Below, one piece after another: positions 46,649 to 57,809 of a stretch of DNA of 64,000 nucleotides (position 1 is its first letter; every line of letters begins with the position of its first letter). Where the stretch lies: IMG/VR virus record IMGVR_UViG_3300037189_006220, positions 32,001 through 96,000 of that record; one strand, given 5' to 3'. The notes beneath the pieces are model-generated. The model was given only the letters and a program-made list of their open reading frames with translations, ran no database searches and was not told where the DNA came from. A program made the position numbers and the translations under genes. The stretch comes from a virus.

Positions 46649-47917
46649 CTACAGCTCCGCGTCACAGGTCCATTGGTACGCAATTGCTGCGTTAGTAACT
46701 GTTGACGCATTAAAGTATGCTCCAAAACTACTTGTACCGCCAGCCCAAATAACACTTGCTACATCCGCTGAGTTATTCCACATTTTATCAATCGTTCCAG
46801 TATATGGACTATAAGTATGAACCACTCCGTTATAGATTCGTTTTGGAACTTGATATTTTGTCGTTTGTGCATTTGTTTGAGTAGCTGTAGCCGTATTGGT
46901 TGCTCGCCAAGAAACCATACCTGACTCAGTTATGGAGCCGGGACCATCTACCGTGTTATACGATTTCTCGTAGTATCTTTGACATGCAGCAAGCTCAGCC
47001 TGTAACGAGTTGGCGTTACGACGGAATGGAGTAGCTACGGTACCTGACTCCAGTTGTACGCCCCAAATATCAATATTATTTGCCGAAATACCCGTTGAGC
47101 CACTATAAAGAGGGCGAACATCTAGGTAGGAACTTGTACCAATTGTTTTACCAGAAATGCTGGGAATGTTAAGTGTCACGGAATAGCGTTGCCATGATGT
47201 TGTCAAAGAAATTGCGGAACCAACTGCTTGAGCAACACCACCCCCGCCCGAACCAAAGTTTTGTTCAATAACTGGCGTAAATGCAGTAGTTGCCGTACCA
47301 GCCTTTGCCCAGAACGACAGGGTCGCAGTCTGTCCTGCCAAGGTGCGAACATCTTCAACACGTTGTGTAAACCAGAAGTATCCCGAAGGCGTACCCGTCC
47401 ATGCCATACGGCAAAAGTAAGCACCTTCATATCCAGCAACAGGAGCAGTACCGGGGGTAAAAGCTTGTTGAGAAACTGAAACTGTTTGACCACTAGCAGC
47501 GACAATAGCCCATCGGTCAGCAGTATATCCAGCAGAGGAAAAAGCAGTACCCGTCCAACGCTGCCAATAATCAAAAGCACCGTTAATGAGGTAGTTCGGG
47601 CTTTGATATGTCGCAGCTGAGTAAACAGAGCGAGACTGCTCCACCCACTGACCACCCGTGGCATCAACATAATAAATAAAACATGTACCATCGACGGTAT
47701 ACATCCACATATCACCGTTTGAAGGGTTAAGTGGTGCAGTATCTGATGTAGTGATTGTACGAGGAGATATAGAAGAAGCAGTTTGTGTATCTACCCAGAT
47801 ATCACCAATAACTCCACCAGTTGGCTGAGTAGACTGCTCAAATACTGCCGGTACAGGTACAGTATTTTTCTGTACCGCCGCGGTGAAGTTTACGTCGCCT
47901 AGGGATTTCCTTGCCAT
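46649..47917 (-). CDS. tail fibre/RBP, paralog of 45491..46639
   Basis: NYLINGAFDYWQR, ADRW, GVQLESG..ATPF, ELAACQRYYEKSY...AEL. Confidence 0.8.
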   Translation of the reverse strand: MARKSLGDVNFTAAVQKNTVPVPAVFEQSTQPTGGVIGDIWVDTQTASSISPRTITTSDTAPLNPSNGDMWMYTVDGTCFIYYVDATGGQWVEQSRSVYSAATYQSPNYLINGAFDYWQRWTGTAFSSAGYTADRWAIVAASGQTVSVSQQAFTPGTAPVAGYEGAYFCRMAWTGTPSGYFWFTQRVEDVRTLAGQTATLSFWAKAGTATTAFTPVIEQNFGSGGGGVAQAVGSAISLTTSWQRYSVTLNIPSISGKTIGTSSYLDVRPLYSGSTGISANNIDIWGVQLESGTVATPFRRNANSLQAELAACQRYYEKSYNTVDGPGSITESGMVSWRATNTATATQTNAQTTKYQVPKRIYNGVVHTYSPYTGTIDKMWNNSADVASVIWAGGTSSFGAYFNASTVTNAAIAYQWTCDAEL

Positions 47918-47926
47918 AAGTTAATC

Positions 47927-50900
47927 CTAACCGATAATGACGTAAGTGTATGCTCCAGCAGTGAGAGAACTTGCAGATGTAAATGTCGTTGTTCCACCGC
48001 CGGTAGATGCATTAACTACGTCAAGCTCGACCTGATATCCAGTAGCTGTCTCAAATACCTGAGCTGTAACCCACTGACCAAACCCGTGGTTGACTGACCA
48101 TGAAGTTCCAGCTGTGTTTGTTCCAGTAGTCTTCTTAGCCACACCAGTAATAGCACCTGAAGTACCATTAATGCTTGTTACACCAGTTGAAGATGTGAGG
48201 TATGTCGAGCCATCAAGAACAAGGGTTCCGTCAGTTTGTGTTTTTACAAATCCCCCCGTGCTGTTAGCAACAGTCGGGAGTTTTACTGCACCTGTAATAA
48301 ATGTTGTAGAAGAAGCATTACCAACATAAATACCAGTTGCATTTGTATAACCAACACGAACAGTTCCTACAGTTGCTCCCGATGTTCCCGCATCAATAGT
48401 TACGGTACCTGAGTTGCCTGTAGCATTTCCAGATTTGAGGGATACGCTTCCAGAAGTGAGGTTTGATGTACCCGATGCAAGAGTTAGGTCACCACTACCA
48501 GAGACTGCGGCATTAGTGATGTTACCTGTTCTAATCGTTAGAGGCTCGCCCGAGACACCACTACTCAAGTCTTCTGTACGAAGGAGACCACCAGCAGTAC
48601 TTCCCGCTGCTGCACCAAATACAACCGCTCCAGAAACTGAGTGGACAATGCGAACGGTTGCGGTGTTGGTGTAGTTACCGATGTTGACAATACCTGCTGC
48701 AGTTGTACCGACGTTAATGATTCTATTCGACCCAGAAGTGCCGTTGTCAATAGTTACTGAGCCTGTTGTACCTGACTTCAACGAGAGGGCACTTGCAGCT
48801 GCCGAGGCGACTGTGAGGGCACCAGAACCAGTGATGTTGCTTGTACCAACAGTGAGACCAGCAAAGGTCGGGGTCGATGTTGTAGCAATATCTTGGGGAA
48901 GAGAGAGGGTTACTGCACCCGTAGACGCTGAAGCAGTTACTTGGTTAGCAGTTCCAGTAATTGATGTTACCGCTGAGCTAGAAGTAAGATATGTGCTACC
49001 GTCCGAGGTAAGGTTACCTGACGCGTCCACCTTTACGAAACCAGCTGTACCAGAAGACAGGGCACCAATCTTGGTTAGTGAAGAGTTAACTACACCAGAA
49101 GCTAGTGTCGTTCCAGTAAGTGAACCAGCAGGAGCCGAAGCAACGAGCGTACCGTTGATGGTCGTGGTGGTTGCCGAGCGACCAATGGTTACAGCACTAG
49201 CATTAGTAACACCAATGTTTACTGCACCTGTAGTTCCGCTTACTACTGTTCCTGAATCGACATTTACGTTACCAGCGTTGCCTGTACCAGTATTGTCACC
49301 AGATTTCAGGATAAGGTCACCAGTGGACGCGCTACCAGTTTGTGAACCAGTCTTTAGCGTGACCGAGGCACTTGCACTAGTAAGCGATGTTGGCATTCCA
49401 GTAAGAGTTACCGCTGTAGAAGCAGTCGTATTACGGAACGTAAATGTTGAAGCTCCAGAACTTTGAAGAGTAATACCACCGTTGGCGTTAATTGTAGCGG
49501 TAGAGCCAGACACGTTACCAATGTTGACTGCACCAGTAGATGTTGTACCAATGTTGATTGAAGCAGAACCTGATGATTGAAGATTCAGCGATTGGTTTGT
49601 GCCACCAGCCGCAATAGTCAGTGCACCAGCACCAGTAATATTTGTTCCAACATCAGTGATGCTAGTAGCTGAAGTACTAGCTGAGCCATCAAAGCTGAAT
49701 CCCCACAGAGTACGCGCTGTAGATAGTGTAGCTGCTGAGCCAGTAATGTTGCTATCTGTAAAAGCAACCGTCTTACGAGAAGTAGCAGGTGTAAAGTAGA
49801 GGTTTGTACCATCGAACTCCATCGCACCAGCGGTTGCTGTTGTGAGGTTAGTTCCTGATGTGAAGTAGAGAGGAGCTGTTCCTGTAGTAGCAGTTCCAGC
49901 AGCAAGTGTAATCTTCTTACCACTGAATGTTTCAGTTCCCGTAAGGGTAGCAAGAGTTCCTGTTGTAGGAAGTGTTACTGAAGTATTAGCTGTAGATGTG
50001 AGAGTAGTTGTGTAAGCACCAGATGTGGTGAGGCTTCCACCAAGAGTAATAGTCTTAGAACCGTTATTAACACCAGTACCACCATAGGTTGGGTCAATAA
50101 TCGTAGCTTTCCAAGCACCAGTAGTAATACCAGTCGTACTTGATACTGTTGTAATAGATGATTGACCAACGTAGTTTGAGTCAATGTCAATTGAGTTTGT
50201 ATTGACAAGAATACGGTTAGAAGTTCCAACAATATCAAAAGCATTACCGTTGGCAACCATACCGGCACCAGCGGTAACACTTGATGCGCCCGAGAACTGA
50301 ACCCACGTTTGACCTGTAAAGTCTGTTAGATATGTGTTGCTCTGGGTCCACGATGTGTTTTGGTAAGAAGTACCCTCCATGACAAAGAAGGTTGCACCCT
50401 TAAGCTCGGTGTAGGTATTAGCATCTGATGAGCGAGTCAGAGTATAGGTTGTACCGTTATCGGTGTAGTCATAGACACCATTCTCAGCACCAGCAGTCTG
50501 ACCTGTAAGAAGAAGTCGGTACCCTGAGTGAGTAGAGGTAAGGGTGGGGTGACCGTCAATTGTAACGGTACTAGTGTTTCCCGTAAGTGGCACATTCGCA
50601 GTAGCAAGAAGGTTTACAGCTTGCTTCCATGTAACACCAGCAACTTTGTTATCTACATAAAGCTTATTAGCAGCATCGCCATTGTTAACTGGGTCAGCTA
50701 CGTTGATGATTCGTGCACTAGATACGTTTACAGAACCTGTACCGCTCGGGACAAGAATAACATTCTGATTTGTTCCACCAGCAGTAAATGTAAGTGCACC
50801 AGTTCCAGTAATAGAACCATTTGTAGTACCAGTACCACCCTTGGCAACAGTAATTGTATTACCGCTCCACGTAGAAGTACCAGTAAGAGTCAGGTCGGCA

Positions 50901-51136
50901 ATAGAAGTTACTGTACTTCCAACGGTGATGGTTGTTCCACCAAGAGTAATAGAGCTACCACCAGTAGCAATCTTCTGCCAAGAAGTTCCATTGTGGTAAT
51001 AGAACGAAGCATCACCAGTATTGAAGTAGATTTGACCGGCTACAGGAGAGCTGGGAGGCGTAGACAGATTTTGAACACGCGCATTCTGCAACTCATTCTG
51101 AAGAAGGTTGAGATTAGTTAGAAAATTACGAGCCAT
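47927..51136 (-). CDS. long tail fibre protein
   Basis: 1069 aa, T/G/S-rich; DAANKLYVD, GGTG repeats. Confidence 0.85.
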   Translation of the reverse strand: MARNFLTNLNLLQNELQNARVQNLSTPPSSPVAGQIYFNTGDASFYYHNGTSWQKIATGGSSITLGGTTITVGSTVTSIADLTLTGTSTWSGNTITVAKGGTGTTNGSITGTGALTFTAGGTNQNVILVPSGTGSVNVSSARIINVADPVNNGDAANKLYVDNKVAGVTWKQAVNLLATANVPLTGNTSTVTIDGHPTLTSTHSGYRLLLTGQTAGAENGVYDYTDNGTTYTLTRSSDANTYTELKGATFFVMEGTSYQNTSWTQSNTYLTDFTGQTWVQFSGASSVTAGAGMVANGNAFDIVGTSNRILVNTNSIDIDSNYVGQSSITTVSSTTGITTGAWKATIIDPTYGGTGVNNGSKTITLGGSLTTSGAYTTTLTSTANTSVTLPTTGTLATLTGTETFSGKKITLAAGTATTGTAPLYFTSGTNLTTATAGAMEFDGTNLYFTPATSRKTVAFTDSNITGSAATLSTARTLWGFSFDGSASTSATSITDVGTNITGAGALTIAAGGTNQSLNLQSSGSASINIGTTSTGAVNIGNVSGSTATINANGGITLQSSGASTFTFRNTTASTAVTLTGMPTSLTSASASVTLKTGSQTGSASTGDLILKSGDNTGTGNAGNVNVDSGTVVSGTTGAVNIGVTNASAVTIGRSATTTTINGTLVASAPAGSLTGTTLASGVVNSSLTKIGALSSGTAGFVKVDASGNLTSDGSTYLTSSSAVTSITGTANQVTASASTGAVTLSLPQDIATTSTPTFAGLTVGTSNITGSGALTVASAAASALSLKSGTTGSVTIDNGTSGSNRIINVGTTAAGIVNIGNYTNTATVRIVHSVSGAVVFGAAAGSTAGGLLRTEDLSSGVSGEPLTIRTGNITNAAVSGSGDLTLASGTSNLTSGSVSLKSGNATGNSGTVTIDAGTSGATVGTVRVGYTNATGIYVGNASSTTFITGAVKLPTVANSTGGFVKTQTDGTLVLDGSTYLTSSTGVTSINGTSGAITGVAKKTTGTNTAGTSWSVNHGFGQWVTAQVFETATGYQVELDVVNASTGGGTTTFTSASSLTAGAYTYVIIG

Positions 51137-51151
51137 TATGCAGTCCTATAG

Positions 51152-51592
51152 CTATGAAAGGTAGGCGATTCCCGATGTCGCGGAAGAGAAAAAGATTTGA
51201 AGGATACCAAGACTATTATATCTTACGTCACCTTCAATGACGGACCCTGCGGAGTCGAGAGTCTTCACATTTGGATAGAAAGAGAGATTATGATTGATAG
51301 TCCACACATCGGCAACAGCATTCTGCACATGAGTGTAGGCAATTGTTTGGGTTACTCCAGCTGGACCCTGAATACCCTGAATACCCTGAATACCCTGAAT
51401 ACCCTGAATACCCTGAATACCACGCTCACCTTGAGGTCCTTGAGCACCCGGAGCACCATCAGTTCCGCGAGGACCGGGAATACCCTGAGCAACTTCAACG
51501 ACAAGTTGAGACTCAACCTCAACAACTACTTCGGTGACATCCGTCTCTGAAACAACTATAACCTGAGGATTGTCATTAATACTAGGAGACAC
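51152..51592 (-). CDS. collagen-like tail-associated protein
   Basis: GxY repeats; W.I.HNL.F.P.V C-terminus. Confidence 0.8.
   Translation of the reverse strand: MSPSINDNPQVIVVSETDVTEVVVEVESQLVVEVAQGIPGPRGTDGAPGAQGPQGERGIQGIQGIQGIQGIQGIQGPAGVTQTIAYTHVQNAVADVWTINHNLSFYPNVKTLDSAGSVIEGDVRYNSLGILQIFFSSATSGIAYLS
51366..51419. repeat. perfect 9-bp tandem repeat (CCCTGAATA)x6
   Basis: Read directly; encodes GIQ collagen triplets. Confidence 0.95.
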
Positions 51593-51938
51593 GAGTCACA
51601 TCTTTCATATGCGTAACTTCGCCACGAATCCAAGTTTTTACTTCTTCTCCACGAGTAGCCTGTAAATCCCAGACTCCATTTTTTACAAGGAGCGAGTTTG
51701 CAGCAGAAAGAAAAATACCAATACGACCCTGACTTGCCTGAGAGTCATCCACCTCAAAGTCGATATGGTCAGAAGAGGAATCGTTAGGTCGCCACTGAGC
51801 AGTCCAGTTACCCCAGCCCTCAGCAACAAGATTAATAGGTGTAGTAATCCCATTAATCTTTGAGTTCATACGGTAGGAAGCAGTAAGAGAGTCACCACGA
51901 TATACCTGTAGTGACTTAACAATTGCTGGGAACGACAC
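51582..51938 (-). CDS. tail-associated adaptor (BppU-N-like)
   Basis: YRGDS...AQWR...WDLQ...TWIRG...DVTR. Confidence 0.65.
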   Translation of the reverse strand: MSFPAIVKSLQVYRGDSLTASYRMNSKINGITTPINLVAEGWGNWTAQWRPNDSSSDHIDFEVDDSQASQGRIGIFLSAANSLLVKNGVWDLQATRGEEVKTWIRGEVTHMKDVTRVS

Positions 51939-52013
51939 GGACTACCTCCGAAAAATGGGTGGCGCACAAAAGCCATCAATAAAACTATTGATTATAGTCC
52001 CATTTTAGCAAGG

Positions 52014-52214
52014 TTATTCAGTAGTGATGCCTCTAAGAGAGTCAAGATACCGAGCATAGGCAAGAAATGCCTTAGCATCTCCCCACCACCTATTCTCTTC
52101 TAAGTCCTCTTCTACACAGAACTCCCAACTACCAACCTTGACATAGGTGTAGTTATCACCGCCTCGGTCAACAACGACCTCGGGAAGCTCATCTTCATTA
52201 ATTTCAATAGCCAC
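52014..52214 (-). CDS. hypothetical protein
   Basis: ORF abutting the primase stop. Confidence 0.5.
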   Translation of the reverse strand: MAIEINEDELPEVVVDRGGDNYTYVKVGSWEFCVEEDLEENRWWGDAKAFLAYARYLDSLRGITTE

Positions 52215-54817
52215 TATCGTGCCAATCGTGAGATTTCAGACCAACTACTTTCGTTGGAGTCCGTACTTGTTGGTTTCAGTATACGACCAACTAACTCTGC
52301 ACGAGTTCCTTCTCCAGTAATTTCTTCTCCACGGTCACGCAGACGACGAGTAAGGGCAATCTGAGTCATTGGCTTTTCACCGCGACCTTCGCTCCACCAG
52401 CGGTACGCTCCGAAGAGTGACTTGATGGAGACAGAGGTTCCCATTGTTGTTTCCTCATTGAGGAACATGCCCAGACGGTCTTCATCCTTACGGTACATCT
52501 CAGAAGCCTCAAGAACCACCTTGCACCAACCCACAGGGTCTACCGCAGTAGAGTTCAATACTTTCATGGCACCCTCGACAGCCCATGCAAGAATTGCTGG
52601 CTGTCCACCATTCGGGTCAAACAAGAACTCTTTGAGAGTGGGGTCAGAAATCTTGGGGACATTCTTCCACGGAACTGGACGAATACGTCGCCACATAGCA
52701 TCGTCAGTAATCATCGGACGGTGGTTAGTTGTAATCCACAACTTAGCCTGTGCTTGGAATGTGAATGGACGCTCACCCGGAGAACGAGCCGAGATTTCAG
52801 ATGAACCAGTCAACTTCTTAACCGCGTTCTCTTTAATACGCTCAGACTCAGGCAACTCGTCAACCCAGACCATACGCTTACCACGGAGTTCAGCCCAGTG
52901 ATAGAGGTCAGTAGATGAGGACATACCGTCCTTATCAGCAAGGATATTCGAGTCCATGGGCCATGCATACTGCTGGGTACCAAGAACCTTAACGATTGAC
53001 TCAACAAACGTGTTCTTACCAGAGCCGGGAGGACCGTATACGAGGCACATGATGTCGAGAGTATTAAGACCAGTCATAGTGTAGCCAACTACTCGCTGAA
53101 GCCAGTCTTGATATTCCTTGTCTCCACCAGTAGCAAAGTCTAGGTACCCAACCCAGCGAGCATTGATTGCCCCCGGACTATAAGCAATAGGAGAGCGACG
53201 AGTAATGTAAAGTTCCGGGTCACCCTTGATAAGTTCACCAGTGCGAAGATTCACAACACCGTTAGCAACACCAAGTAACTCTGCATCACTATCCCATGAG
53301 TCAACAGGAACAGTAATACGAGGGTCAGATGTTGCGCTCTCAATAGAGGCATTGATACGAGCGTTTGATTTAGAGTTCAAAGCCCACTTCAAGACTGCTG
53401 GCTTTTCCTCATCTTTATACCCAACAATCTCGCTGGGGATAGTAGAAGAAATCTTCTTGGCAATCTCACGAACCTGAAGGTTCTCTGCATCACTCTGCCA
53501 ACTTGTACCAGACCAGTGGAACCAACCAAGACCCGGCGTATAACGCAGACCAGGACCAAAGTCGTCTACGAGACGGCGACCATTACCGAGGTCAGTAAGC
53601 GAACGCTTACCGGGCATACCACCGTCTTCAGCACGAATAGCATCCACGTCTTTGGGGACATCGATACGAGTGAGGCTAGAAGCATCAGCAACAGAGTAGC
53701 CGTCACTGAGACCAGCACGGATTACTCCACCAATAGTTCCCGGGTAATACGAAGCATCATCATCATCAGGGTCACTCGTGCTAACAGTATCCTGAATGAC
53801 ACCACGGAATGCTCCCTCCTTCATCTTGAGAGCAGCATTTTCTTCCCACTCTTTAAGTTCGCCACGACCCATAAGGTGCTTGGGGTTCTGCTTAACAAAC
53901 TCAATGGCACGACGAACGTGACTAAGAAGACCGCCCTGACCATTTACTTCAAGAGGAGGACGTACCTTCTCTGAGTTAAAGAGCATCATCATAGACTCGA
54001 CTGCCAACTCGCCAGCAGGAGTGTCTACAGGAAAACGGTTAGCAAGAGCGCAAGCCATAGCGTAGAGAGTTACAGCGCGAGCACCCTCATCGATTCCCTC
54101 ATCAAGAAGCTTGTCAATATCAATTGGCTCACCATTATGCTCAAGACCCTCAAACGCACTCCAGTCTGCTCCACCAGAAGATGAAGCACCTACCCGGCGA
54201 GTACGCCTACGAAAAATCCCAAGCATATCTTCTGTAGCATCAGCCATCTCCATTTCCCACGGAGCATGACCCTCAATCCACTCATACTCCAACCCAGAGG
54301 AGTGGCGCGATGGGTTAACAAGAACATAGCCATTGTGCTTGATATCAATACCCGGCAAGTTCGCAGCTTTAAGATTACCAATCAAGTCTTCCGACGGGTC
54401 ACATTTAAAGTACATGTGACGACCACGAACTACTTTGCCTTGGTAGTTGTACTCGCCAGTCTGTGCAGTAACTGTCTCAGGAACAACAAAGTCAATCTCA
54501 TCGAGGAACTTATCCCACGACTCATTTCCACCAGAGCGAGGGTCAATATCAATGACAAAGAATCCAGACGGTTTACAGAAAACACCAATGTTCCGCTCAG
54601 GGTTTGCTTCCCACCACGCATTAAGTTGACCCACATTATCAGTAGCGCGTTTCTGCCACTCCGAGATAGCGGGGTGCTTACCAGCGTCCTTGGGGTCAGA
54701 GTGCGGTCCGTTACAGGTGCACTTGCCAGAATCAGTGATTCCATAGCAAGGCAAGATGTGCCAACCCCGTGAGCCGTACCAGCCAGCCGCCTTAGTTAGT
54801 CTTGATTCGTCGCTCAA
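52214..54817 (-). CDS. bifunctional primase-polymerase fused to D5/SF3 helicase
   Basis: GKHP, VIDIDPR, G.H.YF, PS.H.SG..Y.W; TDLGNG.R, GPPGSGKNT, TNHRP...A.WRR. Confidence 0.93.
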   Translation of the reverse strand: MSDESRLTKAAGWYGSRGWHILPCYGITDSGKCTCNGPHSDPKDAGKHPAISEWQKRATDNVGQLNAWWEANPERNIGVFCKPSGFFVIDIDPRSGGNESWDKFLDEIDFVVPETVTAQTGEYNYQGKVVRGRHMYFKCDPSEDLIGNLKAANLPGIDIKHNGYVLVNPSRHSSGLEYEWIEGHAPWEMEMADATEDMLGIFRRRTRRVGASSSGGADWSAFEGLEHNGEPIDIDKLLDEGIDEGARAVTLYAMACALANRFPVDTPAGELAVESMMMLFNSEKVRPPLEVNGQGGLLSHVRRAIEFVKQNPKHLMGRGELKEWEENAALKMKEGAFRGVIQDTVSTSDPDDDDASYYPGTIGGVIRAGLSDGYSVADASSLTRIDVPKDVDAIRAEDGGMPGKRSLTDLGNGRRLVDDFGPGLRYTPGLGWFHWSGTSWQSDAENLQVREIAKKISSTIPSEIVGYKDEEKPAVLKWALNSKSNARINASIESATSDPRITVPVDSWDSDAELLGVANGVVNLRTGELIKGDPELYITRRSPIAYSPGAINARWVGYLDFATGGDKEYQDWLQRVVGYTMTGLNTLDIMCLVYGPPGSGKNTFVESIVKVLGTQQYAWPMDSNILADKDGMSSSTDLYHWAELRGKRMVWVDELPESERIKENAVKKLTGSSEISARSPGERPFTFQAQAKLWITTNHRPMITDDAMWRRIRPVPWKNVPKISDPTLKEFLFDPNGGQPAILAWAVEGAMKVLNSTAVDPVGWCKVVLEASEMYRKDEDRLGMFLNEETTMGTSVSIKSLFGAYRWWSEGRGEKPMTQIALTRRLRDRGEEITGEGTRAELVGRILKPTSTDSNESSWSEISRLAR

Positions 54818-54930
54818 TGTGTGTCCGTTTTTCGGTGTGTGCTTGATAGTGGTTCATCTATGTTACCACGCTCAATGGTTTAGTTGGAGACATGTAAATA
54901 AGTTATTATTGAAGGAGTAGCTTTTATCAT

Positions 54931-55380
54931 TTGTCGTTCAGGATTCCTCTTATGCCATTGCCAGACCGCGACCCTACAGCCGGTGAACTCCGCATTATGT
55001 TTGAAAACATTATGGCTGCTCTCCGTGATGTTAAAGAAACAATGGCGACAAAAGAATTTGTCAACACGAAATTCGACAACTATAACGAGCGTATGGTTCG
55101 TCTAGAAGAAGACGTTCGTGTATGGATTAGCAACGCTACCACAGCTAACGCAGAAATCAAAGAAGATACTCACCGTCGTATTGATGAGGTCAAAGCCGAC
55201 CTCGTTTCCGAGACTGATGAACTGCACAAACGTATCGATGAGATTGTTAGCGAGAAGACAGACAGCGAGAAAAGTAAGAAGGCTCGTACCGTAGCAATCA
55301 CACTTGCTATTGTTGGTGCTGGTCTTTCACTCGCTGTGAGTATTGTCTCCGCAATTATCATCAACACTCTCATTCCATAG
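54931..55380 (+). CDS. coiled-coil protein with C-terminal TM anchor
   Basis: Heptad-like region plus hydrophobic C-terminus. Confidence 0.65.
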   Translation: MSFRIPLMPLPDRDPTAGELRIMFENIMAALRDVKETMATKEFVNTKFDNYNERMVRLEEDVRVWISNATTANAEIKEDTHRRIDEVKADLVSETDELHKRIDEIVSEKTDSEKSKKARTVAITLAIVGAGLSLAVSIVSAIIINTLIP

Positions 55381-55447
55381 TTGAGACTTTTCTCCAAACA
55401 TGCTGTAGTATGTTCCAAGGGTATATCCTTGCCCGGATGGAGAAGAA

Positions 55448-55723
55448 ATGACAAACTCAGTTCTACAGAAGCTTCAGGAAGCGTCTGACAAGCCCAAGAC
55501 TAAAAAGTGCAAGTATGCACTTATCTTCGAAAAGCTCGAACCAGAGACGCAGGACTTTATCACCGAGCGTATCTCACTCCCTACTCGGCACCCCAACAAA
55601 ATTAGCTACGCTACTCTTACTCGCGTACTTCGCTCAGAGAAGCACACCATTGGTCACTCCACTATTGGAGACCACTACAACAAAGTGTGTGCTTGCTACA
55701 GCCAGACAGAGGATAGCATCTAA
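55448..55723 (+). CDS. small Zn-binding protein
   Basis: C...H....CAC. Confidence 0.65.
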   Translation: MTNSVLQKLQEASDKPKTKKCKYALIFEKLEPETQDFITERISLPTRHPNKISYATLTRVLRSEKHTIGHSTIGDHYNKVCACYSQTEDSI

Positions 55724-56925
55724 TGAGTGATGAAATTAAACGTAAGCTAGAGGAACTCGCGAGTCCCGGTATATCAGGTTCTGATACACGAATTACCAAT
55801 ACACCAGAAAATTGGCGACCACGCTCCGAGGTCGGTGCTGACGGTGGTTTTGCTATTTCTAGCCCACACCCGATGGGGAATACTCCCGGTGCCGAGGAAA
55901 TCCTACTTGAGCATAATCTTGACCCGGCTGAGTGGGTAGTGACATCTGCCCGTCATGGTAAATGGCAGACATTCTCCGGTGAGTGGCTCGAATCCTCACG
56001 AATCAATATTGCCCCTCGCACTGGCACTGTCAGAGATAGTGACCTCGACCTTGAGAAGCTTGTTGATGAAATCAAGAAGTGGCGACCTGAGCGCGGTACA
56101 AAAGCATTTGGTGGTAGCGGTGCCTATGTACACAATGGAGCCGACAAGCAAATTGGTAAAAAAGCTGGCTCAGGAGGGACTGAGCAGACCGTAGCTCGTC
56201 TACTTGAAGGAACTGACCGAAGTGTTGCTCGTCTAAACGGATTCCGCAAGATGGGTCTTGAACTTGGCACAGTAGTTTTGACAGAAGTGGGTGACCATGT
56301 TGAGGGAAATGTATCTCAGAATGGTCGTCTTCAGGGACAAAGTGCATCCGACCTCGGGCAGACTGAACAAGTTCGCGTTGCCCGTCGTCTTCTGCTGTCT
56401 CAAGTAAAGACTTTTGCTTCATTGGCAGAAAGTGTTCTAGTTCCTGTCGTCAATGGTAACCACGACGAGGTCACACGACAGGTTGTCGCTGACCCAGCAG
56501 ACGGATGGAATGTTGAGATTGCATCCAGCGTAGAGATGGCTGTACGAGAGAATGATGCTCTCAGCCACGTCGAGTTCCGTTACCCAGCGTCTGGACACCA
56601 GACACTTACAGTAAATGTAAACGGAACTATGCTTGGTCTCTTCCATGGTCACCAGTTCTCTCGTGACGTTGAGAAGTACCTTTCACAGCAGATGCTCGGT
56701 CAGACTGCTCTTGGAGGAGCAGATGTCTGGGTATCAGGTCACTACCACCACTTCCGTTCGCTCGACATCGGCTCACGGTTCTGGGTACAATGCCCCACTA
56801 CCGACCCCGGCTCAGACTGGTACCGTGACCGCGCCGGAGCAAATGCCCGTCCCGGAATCCTAACAATGGTAATCGGTGGTAGCTATGACCCCCGCGAGTT
56901 CCTCGGAGTTATTCCGGTTTCGTAG
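55723..56925 (+). CDS. calcineurin-like metallophosphoesterase
   Basis: D.QIGK, GDHVE, GNHDE, HGH, GHYHH. Confidence 0.85.
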   Translation: MSDEIKRKLEELASPGISGSDTRITNTPENWRPRSEVGADGGFAISSPHPMGNTPGAEEILLEHNLDPAEWVVTSARHGKWQTFSGEWLESSRINIAPRTGTVRDSDLDLEKLVDEIKKWRPERGTKAFGGSGAYVHNGADKQIGKKAGSGGTEQTVARLLEGTDRSVARLNGFRKMGLELGTVVLTEVGDHVEGNVSQNGRLQGQSASDLGQTEQVRVARRLLLSQVKTFASLAESVLVPVVNGNHDEVTRQVVADPADGWNVEIASSVEMAVRENDALSHVEFRYPASGHQTLTVNVNGTMLGLFHGHQFSRDVEKYLSQQMLGQTALGGADVWVSGHYHHFRSLDIGSRFWVQCPTTDPGSDWYRDRAGANARPGILTMVIGGSYDPREFLGVIPVS

Positions 56926-57388
56926 AGTTTCGTTTCTTAATAGCCAGATAAGCGTCAACTGAGTTGGCGCTTGTTCTGCTTATCCAGCGAAAATCGCAGA
57001 TAGTACAGGTAACTGTTTTACGGGTAGTCCATCGACCTCCACCCGGAATGTCAATCTCTCCAGTTTTTAGCTTGTCTGTATTAGCTCCACAGTGAAGACA
57101 GATAGGCGATTCGCCTTCTTTAGTGCGACGAATCTCTTGGTCATCTTCAGTAATAGATAGAGTATTACGAATTTCTACCTCGTCGCGTCCACCCCATACG
57201 CCCCAGATTTCTTTATTGTCTAGTGCCCAGCTCAAACACTCTTTACGAACAGGACATACTTCACAGAGAGTCTTGGCTTGTGCAATCTCGTTAGGGTCTT
57301 CAGAGAAAAAGAAGTCAATATAATCAGACTCAATGGGGTCAGCGCAGACACCATCCTTCTGCCAATCAAGAGGATTTGCATTAGTCAT
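56909..57388 (-). CDS. whiB: WhiB-family protein with extra C-terminal Zn ribbon
   Basis: W...C...FF...[15 protein letters not shown]...GVWGG; CLHC...CTIC. Confidence 0.9.
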   Translation of the reverse strand: MTNANPLDWQKDGVCADPIESDYIDFFFSEDPNEIAQAKTLCEVCPVRKECLSWALDNKEIWGVWGGRDEVEIRNTLSITEDDQEIRRTKEGESPICLHCGANTDKLKTGEIDIPGGGRWTTRKTVTCTICDFRWISRTSANSVDAYLAIKKRNSTKPE

Positions 57389-57728
57389 TAGGAAGTACCT
57401 CTACCCACGTAACTGGAAGCATCCCAATAACGTATTCTCCATTAAATGTTTCACCGCTCGGGTCACAGGCGTAGACATCAATCTCACCATCAACCTCACC
57501 GGCATAGCCAAACTCGACAGTCTCCCCTTGGATAGCACGAAAACCCTGAGCAAGAGAATCTACAACACCATCTCGCTGTACAGCAGAAGCTAGTGCCCGA
57601 GCAACTACTTCATGGTTAAGGTCAACATGCTCCTCTGTGTAGTAAATAATTCCTGTAGGAGTCACAGCATCGTGACCACAGCCAATCCATTCCTGCCAAA
57701 GTCGCTCTCCGCGTCTATCAAAATTCAT
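57381..57728 (-). CDS. hypothetical protein
   Basis: ORF with leaderless-type start. Confidence 0.65.
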   Translation of the reverse strand: MNFDRRGERLWQEWIGCGHDAVTPTGIIYYTEEHVDLNHEVVARALASAVQRDGVVDSLAQGFRAIQGETVEFGYAGEVDGEIDVYACDPSGETFNGEYVIGMLPVTWVEVLPND

Positions 57729-57809
57729 ATACTAAGTATATATGCACTTAAACAAAAAAAGTAGGTCAATCCTTAATAATTACAAGAATTGACCTACTTA
57801 TTTATTTTG

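Noticed and set aside
45800-47060. Diversity-generating retroelement TR/VR pair in the tail fibres
   Set aside because: Differences are not adenine-specific, both copies are coding paralogs, and no reverse transcriptase is in the window.
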